A DNA stretch of 64,000 bases from contig VMGT01000003.1 in assembly GCA_007376725.1 (NCBI GenBank), positions 4,470 through 68,469 of the forward strand. The letters run 5' to 3'. The position numbers were made by a program, and so were the translations under genes. Under the pieces are notes generated by a model. That model worked only from the letters and a program-made list of their open reading frames with translations, did no database searches and had not been told where the DNA came from. Position 1 is the first letter of the stretch; each line of letters starts with the position of its first letter. Shown piece after piece: positions 8,822 to 17,852 of the stretch. This DNA is from Parcubacteria group bacterium Greene1014_15. GTDB lineage: Bacteria; Patescibacteriota; Minisyncoccia; Phycocordibacterales; VMGT01.

Positions 8822-11122
8822 TGTAATGTAATCCCCCGAAACCCAACCATCGGGGTTGCTTTTGAAATCAATCTTCCACCACCAATTTGTTTGTCTGTAG
8901 GGCTGATAGATAGGACCTCCCAAAACCGAACCGATGGAACTCCCCGCTTGTTCGCCGATTTTCACACCCCCGGCAGTCGAGCGGATATTTACTTTTTCTT
9001 TTGTTTGCACACTCGCGTTTATTGCAAAATTTGACGTCGGAGACAGGGATACAAGGTACTGTCCTGATGTCCAACCTTCAATCATATCTGCTTGGAATTT
9101 GATTTTGTACCAAGTGTGCCCGTCTGCTTGTATTGGGAGAGCGCCTATTACTCCCACGGCGTTCGGTTTTTCACGTCCAAGAATCGTGCCTTGAAGTGAT
9201 GGAGTTTTTCGGACACGGACGGTCTCCCCGGACGACACTTTTACATACGAACCGATCGAAAATGCGCCAGGTGTGGGAGAAGCAACTGGAGAGGGCGCAA
9301 TTGGAAGGGTACTCACTATCGGCAGTTCGGGTGCAGCTGGCACAGCAGGAGAGGGCGCTCTGTCGACTACGGTGTATTCGTAAGCTCCAACATCAAGACA
9401 GCATCCTTGTGGCCGGCTGTTCCCGATGAAATCGATAGAAATGCCGGACACAGCTATTCCCGTATCAATAGCAGGGGACGTTGCCTGCAGAGAGAAGTTA
9501 TAAGCGGAAGCATTAGAAAATTTTGGATCTGCGCTGAAATTTTTCTCTGAAGTAGAGAGGCCGCTTGAGCCAGGCGAAGCATCAAGTTTAGATGAATGAT
9601 AGAAAATGTTATTGCGAATGCTATGTCCCGCCCCTGCGTAGATGAAATCAATTCCTGCTGTGTCACCTGTTGAGAGATTTAAAGCATTCAAATAGAATAT
9701 GTTATTCACTATCTTTGAATTTGTCGTGTCTTCCCAAAGCGCAACTCCTGCGCGGAATCTACTGTAAGCAATAACATTATTTGCAAGTAATGCATTACGT
9801 ACGCGACTATATTGCTCATTGGTATATTTTAGATTTGAGAATGGATATCCCGCCAAATAGATTCCGTACGCTCGCACATCGTATATGACATTGTTTGAAA
9901 TGCGATAATCGCTGCCGGTAAGGTGCATGCCGTGGTTTTTGTCGTCATTCGTTTTGTTTGCCAAATCTTTTAGGCCGATACGATACACTCGATTGCTGTC
10001 AATGGTGACACGGAGTCCTCCTATGCCTTCGATACCCGAATAAAAGGTATCGTGCATAGTATTGTTCTTGATGACTACATCGGTTGCATTATAGAATCTG
10101 ATTCCTTCGTGTGCATTCTTGATTTCAAGCCCTTCTATAACAATCCATGAAATGGGGGATGCTTTGTTTGTCACGGCTTGCAACTCGATTCGTTTCGTTG
10201 CACTCAAAGCATTTGTAACTCCGAAATCAAAAAGGGGACGTTCACCCGGAAAATTGCGAAATGTGATCACCGCATCTTTAGTTCCGGAATATCGCGCGGT
10301 GAATCCGTCTCGATACATACCTTCTCGGAACAAAATCGTATCTCCAGCGCGTGCCGTGTCAGCTGCTTTTTGCGCTGTTTTCCAAGGCGCCTCTAGGGTG
10401 CCCGCGTTGATGTCATTTCCTTGCGGAGAGACAATATATGTGGTTCCTGTGCTTATGATTGATGTCGGAGGTGCCACCGCGGGCGTAGATGGAGACACTG
10501 TTGGTGTTGAAGAAGCGGAAACAGGTGTGCTTGCGATGGCGAGAGTCCCATACACTTCGATCTCGCGCGCCTGGGTTGCTGAAGCGGAGACACGATTGCT
10601 GCTCACTGTTACGCGGATATAGCGTGCGGCAACATTGGTTAAAGCTTCTTCAAACCACCCATTTCCAAGCGCTTCCTTTGCACTAAAGGCATTTGCCCAA
10701 GTATGAGAGGATTCTTTTTTGTACTCGAGTGTCCAGCTCTCGGAAATGCCTGTGCCATCCGCATCTCCAAATATTCGCGCCGATTGTAAATCATATATTG
10801 CGCCAAAATCGAATTCTACAAAGAACGAGGCTGTATCTGGAGCGTTTGCCGTGCATTCTGGTGTTCCCACTGTGCACCCATCCCAAAGCTTTGGAGAAAG
10901 CTGTGGTGCAGTGAAATTCGCGGAATCTTTAACAAATGTTTTTGTTGAAAGAAGCTGTGTGCCGCTCATATCTATGACTGCGGCAAAATTTTTGATGTTT
11001 GAGAGCAGTTTTGAGACGGAAATGAATTTGCCAGGAAGAATATATGTGCAAAAGAAAAGCAAACCAATTGCACTTAACGCAACACACATATGCTTTTTTG
11101 TAAGAGGATTATTTGAAAACAT
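8813..11122 (-). CDS. Secreted protein: discoidin/F5-8-like domain, right-handed beta-helix, two SH3b-like domains
   Basis: ARYIRV..REIEVYG; YIVSPQGND..GTLEAPWKT; beta-helix repeats; SPAIDTG..DVGAYEY; VRKTPS..TWYKI..GW and NIRSTAGG..WWKI..GWVS. Confidence 0.8.
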   Translation of the reverse strand: MFSNNPLTKKHMCVALSAIGLLFFCTYILPGKFISVSKLLSNIKNFAAVIDMSGTQLLSTKTFVKDSANFTAPQLSPKLWDGCTVGTPECTANAPDTASFFVEFDFGAIYDLQSARIFGDADGTGISESWTLEYKKESSHTWANAFSAKEALGNGWFEEALTNVAARYIRVTVSSNRVSASATQAREIEVYGTLAIASTPVSASSTPTVSPSTPAVAPPTSIISTGTTYIVSPQGNDINAGTLEAPWKTAQKAADTARAGDTILFREGMYRDGFTARYSGTKDAVITFRNFPGERPLFDFGVTNALSATKRIELQAVTNKASPISWIVIEGLEIKNAHEGIRFYNATDVVIKNNTMHDTFYSGIEGIGGLRVTIDSNRVYRIGLKDLANKTNDDKNHGMHLTGSDYRISNNVIYDVRAYGIYLAGYPFSNLKYTNEQYSRVRNALLANNVIAYSRFRAGVALWEDTTNSKIVNNIFYLNALNLSTGDTAGIDFIYAGAGHSIRNNIFYHSSKLDASPGSSGLSTSEKNFSADPKFSNASAYNFSLQATSPAIDTGIAVSGISIDFIGNSRPQGCCLDVGAYEYTVVDRAPSPAVPAAPELPIVSTLPIAPSPVASPTPGAFSIGSYVKVSSGETVRVRKTPSLQGTILGREKPNAVGVIGALPIQADGHTWYKIKFQADMIEGWTSGQYLVSLSPTSNFAINASVQTKEKVNIRSTAGGVKIGEQAGSSIGSVLGGPIYQPYRQTNWWWKIDFKSNPDGWVSGDYITSK

Positions 11123-11298
11123 ACACTATGGTTCAAGTATACATGCTTTTGTATGATGTTGTTGATAGTTTTCAACAGGACTGTGGGAAAAAGAACAAAC
11201 ACGCTGTGACTACAGAAAAAGTGACACAAATTTTGGATACTATTGTGGATACCACAATGGATTGACACGAGCGAGTGTGTTAGGCTCGTGAGTATAAG

Positions 11299-14298
11299 TT
11301 GTTGTTAATAAAATCTCTCTTTTCTATGGCATCTACTCGTTGTTTTAGACTTCGTGTGCGCACACCTTTGTTTTTTGCCGTTGCGTGTCTTTTGCTATTT
11401 GCAACATCCCTCGTGCGCGCTGAAATAGTTTTTCCTTTTAAATTTTCAGGAGGTAATTCTTGTGTGTCATTTGAAGCATGCAGAACATACTGTATGTCGA
11501 TAGGTGTGTTGAGCGCCGATACGGAGACGTGCAAAATGTTTATTGGAACAACGACGACTACAACAACTGCACCCCCACCCACAACATCAACTACATCGCC
11601 TACGACATCGCCGACCCCACTGATAACAACAAGTCCGACGCTGATCTCTACAACCACATCTGATTTTATGACGATACAGCAAAGTGTTCCTGCTGCGCCC
11701 ACGAGTCTCTCGCTATCTCATCAAGACGGCGCCAATGTTACATTGGTTTGGATAGATAACGCAACAAATGAGAATTTTTTTAAACTCGCGTGGAAGAGTG
11801 ACACAGAACTTTTCCAAGGCGTCGGCACTATTCCAAGTGGTACCACATCCTCGACACATCATGGAATTGTTGGAAATAATTTTTATGTCGTACGAGCATG
11901 CAATGATGTAGGATGTAGCGCAGGATCTAACATTCTTTCTGTTATTGTTCCTGATACGCAAACGGTCACGAATCTGAATACAACTTCTACAACCACCACT
12001 TTGTCGGAGCCGCTTTCTCCCACAACTGATCCAATTGAAAGTCCTACTGCCGTACCATCTCGAGTGATTCTTCAATCACAAACGATGACTGACATAAAGC
12101 CTGCTGTTCCGCAAGCGATAGCAAGTCCTGTAGTAATTTCCGGTTCAGTACATGCGACAGATGGCTCTGTTCTCCCTGTGAGCGGATATGTTGAGGTATT
12201 TTATGAAGATAGAGCTCTTGGAAAAGCTGCGGGAGCTGCATTTACTGATGGAGAGTTTTCTGTTCAAGTTGCTGCGGGAAATTACTATGTCAAGATATTT
12301 TTGCCAGCGACAACTGGCTATACACCGTCCGTCCCACAAAGAATTACTGTTACGAATGATACCGAAGTCACCTTTACGGCGAGCGCCAATGCCTCGATTG
12401 TTGGAGGTAAAATCCTCGAGACTGGAACCGGCGCTGTTGCGGCCGGTGTGTCTGGCCGAGTTGTTGCATCATCAAACAATGGCATGTGGCAGGAAGCGCT
12501 CATTGGGACGGACGGAACGTATATACTCAAGCTCGGCATTGGTACGTGGCTTGTTGGTGTTGAAATAGAAAGTGAGAGCGAATACATCGTTTTCGGTGAG
12601 AGGCAATTTCCTATTACTATTACCGCAGATACGCGAATAGAACGAAACTTTATGGTAGAAAAAGCTTCGAGTATTGTCGAAGGACATATTCTCGATCACG
12701 ATGGCGCTGGTGTTGCAGATGTATATGTGGCCATAGATGATAGGCAGTATTCTCCGGGGAACACAGTTGTTTTCATGACAAACCAAAACATTCTGGGCAC
12801 AATGAAACAAATGACTACAGACGCGCGGGGCTATTTCACGACGAAAGTACCCCCTGGAACATATTTTGTACGAACATTCGTGCGTGCCAATCGAGGATAT
12901 ATCAATGCAAAAGAGCGGCAAATACTCGTGAGCGGGGCTAAGACGACAATAAATTTGGAACTGCAGAAGCCAGATGTTTTGATATCAGGCATTGTTTCCA
13001 TTAATGGTTCTCCTGTGGCGGGGGCATTCGTCTGGACATGGTCAAAAGCGGGAGGTTACCAAGAAGCAATCTCAACAAGTAACGGTATGTATTCATTGCG
13101 AGTTCTCCCTGATAGTTCCTGGGTTATTGCGGCGAGAGCGCACGTAAACGACGTTGTATATATGGCGAATGAGGTTGCCGTTGCTGTCGCGGGTGTAACT
13201 CCGATTCACTATGATATCAATCTGCAGGTTGGCAGAGAAATTCCGAAAGCCGCTGTTCTTGAAGCGCAGGCGAATGCTCCGGTTGTGGTGACTGTTGCAA
13301 GCGGCGGCCCTACGATTACTGCTCCGGCAAATACTTTTTCAACTTCGGGAACTGTAGAGATCACGGTCGTGCCCGACACACGAGCCCCTTCACAAGGAGA
13401 GACACATGTTGTCGGTACGGCCTATGATTTTAGTGCGACAAATGTAGAAGGTCAAAATATTACGAATTTTTCACAAGATGTAGTTATTACTATTCCTTAT
13501 AGCGAAGCTGATGTCGTTGCGTTTGGAGTATCGGAAAAAGAGCTCGTCCTTAGTTATTGGGACGAAGGAGTCAGCGCATGGAAAAATATAGATAATTCAA
13601 TCGTAAATACTGTGGATAATACAGTAACAGCGGCTGTGAACCACTTTACACGATTTGCCGTTTTGGCAGCGGCTGATGTTACGCCGCCGGAACCTCCCAC
13701 AGCTTTTGTTGCATCTGCCCTCGGCAATGGCAAAGTACGACTTACGTGGTCAAACCCGCTCAAAGATTTCGATCATGCAAAAGTATATCGCTCGGATGTA
13801 AAAAATAGTCTTGGTATGGTTATCGCTGGTGAAGTTTCCGGTGTGGAATACACCGATGAATCAGGATTAAAAAATGCGACCGCATATTATTACGCAATTC
13901 GTGCCGTAGATCCTGCAGGTAATGAGTCAAATAATGTGACACAGGTGCAAGCGATTGCAGTTGGCACGAGTCTGGTCAAAGTTGCCATGCTCGATCTGCC
14001 GCCAGCTCCAATTCCGGCGACTGGAGCAGCAGTCAAAATAACAGGATTAATTTCTCGCACCTTAAAATTGGGCATGCGTGGTGCAGATGTAACTGTGCTT
14101 CAAAAATTACTTCTACGGGAAAATGTGTATCCGGAAGCAAAGATCACAGGCTATTTTGGAAAATTGACCAAGACAGCTGTTATCAAGTATCAAGAGAAAT
14201 ATGCGAGTGAAATTTTGACGTCCCTTAATCTCACGAAAGGGACTGGTATTGTCGGGGTAAAAACGCGGACAAAAATGAACACATCACTGGCAGAGTAA
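11299..14298 (+). CDS. Large surface protein: FN3 and carboxypeptidase-regulatory-like Ig domains, C-terminal peptidoglycan-binding domain
   Basis: Signal peptide, Cys cluster, Thr-rich linker, WIDNATNE FN3, NHFTRFAVL, YAIRAVDPAGNES, TLKLGMRGADV..TGYFGKLTKTAVIKYQ. Confidence 0.82.
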   Translation: MLLIKSLFSMASTRCFRLRVRTPLFFAVACLLLFATSLVRAEIVFPFKFSGGNSCVSFEACRTYCMSIGVLSADTETCKMFIGTTTTTTTAPPPTTSTTSPTTSPTPLITTSPTLISTTTSDFMTIQQSVPAAPTSLSLSHQDGANVTLVWIDNATNENFFKLAWKSDTELFQGVGTIPSGTTSSTHHGIVGNNFYVVRACNDVGCSAGSNILSVIVPDTQTVTNLNTTSTTTTLSEPLSPTTDPIESPTAVPSRVILQSQTMTDIKPAVPQAIASPVVISGSVHATDGSVLPVSGYVEVFYEDRALGKAAGAAFTDGEFSVQVAAGNYYVKIFLPATTGYTPSVPQRITVTNDTEVTFTASANASIVGGKILETGTGAVAAGVSGRVVASSNNGMWQEALIGTDGTYILKLGIGTWLVGVEIESESEYIVFGERQFPITITADTRIERNFMVEKASSIVEGHILDHDGAGVADVYVAIDDRQYSPGNTVVFMTNQNILGTMKQMTTDARGYFTTKVPPGTYFVRTFVRANRGYINAKERQILVSGAKTTINLELQKPDVLISGIVSINGSPVAGAFVWTWSKAGGYQEAISTSNGMYSLRVLPDSSWVIAARAHVNDVVYMANEVAVAVAGVTPIHYDINLQVGREIPKAAVLEAQANAPVVVTVASGGPTITAPANTFSTSGTVEITVVPDTRAPSQGETHVVGTAYDFSATNVEGQNITNFSQDVVITIPYSEADVVAFGVSEKELVLSYWDEGVSAWKNIDNSIVNTVDNTVTAAVNHFTRFAVLAAADVTPPEPPTAFVASALGNGKVRLTWSNPLKDFDHAKVYRSDVKNSLGMVIAGEVSGVEYTDESGLKNATAYYYAIRAVDPAGNESNNVTQVQAIAVGTSLVKVAMLDLPPAPIPATGAAVKITGLISRTLKLGMRGADVTVLQKLLLRENVYPEAKITGYFGKLTKTAVIKYQEKYASEILTSLNLTKGTGIVGVKTRTKMNTSLAE

Positions 14299-14308
14299 AA
14301 CAAAGAAC

Positions 14309-14352
14309 AGATTTCAAAAAAGACCTCTGCTAAGGGCTCTTTTTTGAAATCT
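14309..14352 (+). terminator. Hairpin after the surface protein gene
   Basis: AGATTTCAAAAAAGA..TCTTTTTTGAAATCT. Confidence 0.6.
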
Positions 14353-14380
14353 TTGACAGAATTAATTAGTATGATATACT
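14353..14380 (+). promoter_or_regulatory. Near-consensus sigma70 promoter with extended -10
   Basis: TTGACA-N16-TATACT, with TG at 14372-14373. Confidence 0.75.
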
Positions 14381-14386
14381 GTCCGT

Positions 14387-14831
14387 AGTTAAAGGCTGAT
14401 TTGAACATTGGGGCTTGCGTGGTAGAACAGCCGCCACACATGTAAACAAGCTCCGAGATGGGACAGTGGCGAGGGCCGCCGGCTCTGATGTGGGCTGCTG
14501 CGCAGGTGCCCTCTTTAACACAGGCTATGGGTGTTTTCTGGTGCTTGTCGTTACGAGCGTCTCCGACGATCGGTCGGGATTGCTTCGGGCTTGGGCCCAG
14601 CGTTTAGCAGCTCCGGGGCCGCAGTTACGCGCCGCGCCCCCCACTGTTCCTTTAGGGCACCAGCCACTTACCATCGCGAATGACGTGCGGAGAAACAGGT
14701 TTCTTCTCCGAACAACACACATATCGCGCCAGGGAGAAGGCTCGGACGCAAGTTGGCTACCCCCCAGTAGCGGGGCAATGGCCAAAGGCCGCCTTATCGC
14801 ACAATCTGCGACAGGCGGCCTTACCTTTTTT
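14387..14831 (+). ncRNA. Candidate large structured non-coding RNA, family unrecognised
   Basis: Own promoter and terminator, visibly GC-richer than its flanks, many complementary segments including long-range and crossing helices, no credible ORF. Confidence 0.6.
14785..14831 (+). terminator. Intrinsic terminator closing the candidate ncRNA
   Basis: AAGGCCGCCT..AGGCGGCCTT followed by ACCTTTTTT. Confidence 0.7.
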
Positions 14832-14858
14832 ACAAATCACAGTATACAATGAATAGTA

Positions 14859-15605
14859 ATGTTCAAGTATCTTATTGCGGTGTTGTGTTTAGTTTTTGGC
14901 GCACTCACGTTGATGTATTTTTATATTGGCGTACCAGTCATATATGACGGAGCGAAAGATGTTATTTTAAACGTTCATCGGGCGGACAACGCAGAGCAAT
15001 CAATTTCAAAAATATACATTTCCGCTTTCTATTTTGTTCCGAAAAACAAAAAGGAAGATATTTTTACAGGATGGAGCACGACGCTTCAAGAAAAACTTGA
15101 AGCTCTCATGCGTTTTCATACTGTGGAACTTCAAGAAAAATCTGAACTTACGTACACAATATATCCAGAACCCATTATCGGTCGTCTGAATAATATCGAA
15201 TATGACACTTTTATTACCCAGCACGGCAATCCAGAGGCGTTGCGTCATGTTGTGCCAGAAATAGAATCGAGAGTTTTTGAAGCGAATGGAGATTTGTTCC
15301 GGAATGATTTCGGAACGATTCCGAAAGATGCATATCATGTGCTTGTCGTGATGTATGAAGGTGTTGGTTCAATAGGCGGAGACAATATCGCGCTCATTTC
15401 TCGGACATTTCTTACAAGCAGTGAATATGCTCCTGTGAGCGAAAGTCTTCTTGCGCATGAGTTTTATCATACACTTGGCTTGCCGGATGCATATACGCTT
15501 CCCGAAGGCACCGTGACATCACAAGATATCATGGGACTTGGCAGGTATACTCCGATCGGGCAGACATACCTTTCGCAAAAATCCCTTCAAGCATTAGGAC
15601 TGTAG
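14859..15605 (+). CDS. Membrane-anchored zinc metallopeptidase (metzincin/M6-like)
   Basis: N-terminal TM; HEFYHTLGLPDAY and Met-turn DIMG. Confidence 0.75.
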   Translation: MFKYLIAVLCLVFGALTLMYFYIGVPVIYDGAKDVILNVHRADNAEQSISKIYISAFYFVPKNKKEDIFTGWSTTLQEKLEALMRFHTVELQEKSELTYTIYPEPIIGRLNNIEYDTFITQHGNPEALRHVVPEIESRVFEANGDLFRNDFGTIPKDAYHVLVVMYEGVGSIGGDNIALISRTFLTSSEYAPVSESLLAHEFYHTLGLPDAYTLPEGTVTSQDIMGLGRYTPIGQTYLSQKSLQALGL

Positions 15606-15613
15606 CCTTTTTC

Positions 15614-17401
15614 ATGTATACATTGATCAAAATTACAGATTCACCCCTACGCACGCGGTTTTTGCTCTATTTTATTATTTTAACCACAGCGCCTGTGCTT
15701 GTCCTTGGCGCCGTGGCTATTTCTTTGATAGATGCTTCGCATCGCCGTGATGTTTCTGCACTCGAATTACAGCTTATCAACCAAAAGATTGAGGAGACTG
15801 AAAAATTTTTAGAGCGCACGCTTGGCGTTCTTGAAGTGGTTGTTGGCTACGACCAAAAAGTGGACATAGAACTTACACAGCAGAATTTCTTTTTGGACGG
15901 GCTTCTTTCAGAAAATGACGCTTTTGAAGAAGTCAGTTTTGCGTCTGTTGATTCTGCTGCATACGGGAAAGAAACAGCAAAAAAAAGCAAATTGTACAAA
16001 AATCCTGAATTATTTACTGTCGCACTTCTGCCGAAATTTATTGAGGCAAAAGAAGGAAAGACATACATCAGTGAAGTGTACTACACACTGAAAGGTCCTT
16101 TTGTAACGATGTCGGCTCCTGTGCGCAACAGAAATGGTATTATTGTTGAGGTTCTTTCTGCAGAGGTATCTCTTCAAGAAGTTGTCCAGTCTATCAATGC
16201 AGGAAGTATCGGGGCACGAGGAGGAATTGTGCTTGCAGATAATAACGGACGTTTGATTGCACATCGTGAGCCTATTTTTGCGAGTGGAGCGAAAATTGGA
16301 AATATCTTCTCTATCAAGCGCGTTCTTGCAGGAGAAAAAGTTGATGCACTGCAGCCGCAGGATCGCTATGAAAGTTTGTTTTACAAAGAGCCTGTTGTAG
16401 GGGCAGGAAAGAAGATGCCCGATCTGGGATGGGCTTTTCTTGCAGAATGGCCTCTTTCTGATGCCGATGCGGTCATAAACGGTGTTCGCAATCAAGTGTT
16501 AATTCTAACCCTTGTAAGTATCCTCGGAGTTCTCTTTTTTGCTCCGCTTGTTGCGTCGCGACTGACGAAACCCATCAATGCGCTCAAGTCTGGAGCAGAA
16601 GAAATAGAGCAGGGACATTTCGACAAAGAGGTAAGCATTGCAACCAAGGATGAGCTCGGAGAACTTGGCTTGGCGTTCAATCGGATGGCAAAAGGTCTGA
16701 AAAGACTTGAGGAACTCAAGAATGAATTTGTGTATATTGCTGCGCATGAACTGCGCGCACCCGTTACAGCAATAAAAGGATATGTTTCTCTTCTGGTCGA
16801 AGGACGCGCCAAAGGTGGGGTAACACTCGAAGCCGCAGAATTTATTGATCGAATTGACAGAGCGAACGAAGGGTTGGTTCATCTGGTGAATGATCTGCTC
16901 GAAGTTGCCCGATCTGACGCAGGTAAAATAGAAATTGCCGTGCAACCGGTTTCTCTTGGGGCAGTCGTGAAAGATGTTGTTGCGACAATGCGTATTTTGG
17001 CCGAACAAAAGAAAATCACTTTTCAAGTTCAAGGGGAAATTGCCGATCTGCACGTGCTCGCAGATCCAGATAAACTCAAAGAGATACTGACAAATTTGAT
17101 CAGCAATGCCATCAAATATACTCTTGGCGCAGGCGCTCTAGCAATCAAATATGAGCTTGATCAAGGAATGGTGATAACACACATAGAAGATACTGGCGTG
17201 GGTATTTCTTTTGAAGCGCAAAAGAAATTGTTTGAAAAGTTTTATCGGGTTAAAGCTGCCGGCACTGAAGAAGTTAACGGCACAGGTCTCGGTCTTTTTA
17301 TCGTGAAGCAGCTTGTCCAAAAGATGGGCGGAAAAATTTGGTTTGTGTCGCAAGAGGGCAAAGGCTCAACATTCAGTTTTTCATTGCCACGTGTATCATG
17401 A
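15614..17401 (+). CDS. Sensor histidine kinase (Cache-HAMP-HisKA-HATPase)
   Basis: Two TMs around an extracytoplasmic domain, HAMP DELGELGLAFNRM, AHELRAP, NAIKY, DTGVGI, GTGLGL. Confidence 0.93.
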   Translation: MYTLIKITDSPLRTRFLLYFIILTTAPVLVLGAVAISLIDASHRRDVSALELQLINQKIEETEKFLERTLGVLEVVVGYDQKVDIELTQQNFFLDGLLSENDAFEEVSFASVDSAAYGKETAKKSKLYKNPELFTVALLPKFIEAKEGKTYISEVYYTLKGPFVTMSAPVRNRNGIIVEVLSAEVSLQEVVQSINAGSIGARGGIVLADNNGRLIAHREPIFASGAKIGNIFSIKRVLAGEKVDALQPQDRYESLFYKEPVVGAGKKMPDLGWAFLAEWPLSDADAVINGVRNQVLILTLVSILGVLFFAPLVASRLTKPINALKSGAEEIEQGHFDKEVSIATKDELGELGLAFNRMAKGLKRLEELKNEFVYIAAHELRAPVTAIKGYVSLLVEGRAKGGVTLEAAEFIDRIDRANEGLVHLVNDLLEVARSDAGKIEIAVQPVSLGAVVKDVVATMRILAEQKKITFQVQGEIADLHVLADPDKLKEILTNLISNAIKYTLGAGALAIKYELDQGMVITHIEDTGVGISFEAQKKLFEKFYRVKAAGTEEVNGTGLGLFIVKQLVQKMGGKIWFVSQEGKGSTFSFSLPRVS

Positions 17402-17413
17402 TAAAATACTCTC

Positions 17414-17806
17414 ATGACACACCAAAGAAAGATACATATTTTACTCATTGATGACGACGAAGATTTTCGTCGGCTTTTTGGAGCGAAACTTGCGGAACAT
17501 GCGTATGAAGTACTCTATGCGACAAATGCCGAAAACGGACGAGAAATGGCGCGGAATTATAAGCCCGATCTGATTTTGCTTGATGTACGGATGCCGGGTA
17601 CGGACGGGTTCACGATCGCTCGAGCGATGCGGCAAGAAGATGCAACAAAAAATATTCCAATAGTATTTCTAACAAATGAAGATTTTTCTTTGGAGGCAAA
17701 ACAATGGGTAAAAGAACTCTATGTGAAAGACGTGATCCACAAAAGTATCGACTTGAATGAATTTGTAGAGCACGTAAGTGCCGTTGTTCGCGCGATGGGT
17801 AAATAA
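17414..17806 (+). CDS. Single-domain response regulator
   Basis: LIDDD, LLDVRMP, FLTN, K; no output domain. Confidence 0.92.
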   Translation: MTHQRKIHILLIDDDEDFRRLFGAKLAEHAYEVLYATNAENGREMARNYKPDLILLDVRMPGTDGFTIARAMRQEDATKNIPIVFLTNEDFSLEAKQWVKELYVKDVIHKSIDLNEFVEHVSAVVRAMGK

Positions 17807-17842
17807 AATGGCTCCATTTTGCAGATGCAAAATGGAGCCATT
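17807..17842. terminator. Hairpin between convergent genes
   Basis: AATGGCTCCATTTTGCA-GA-TGCAAAATGGAGCCATT. Confidence 0.7.
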
Positions 17843-17852
17843 GAAAAATAGG

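Noticed and set aside
14387-14831. tmRNA or RNase P assignment
   Set aside because: I could not find a tRNA-like T-arm/CCA end or the GAGGAAAGUCC core on either strand; a highly divergent form is not excluded.
14415-14852. 145-aa + ORF and 86-aa - ORF over the GC-rich tract
   Set aside because: No SD, atypical composition, and the + ORF runs through a terminator; RNA structure explains the region better.
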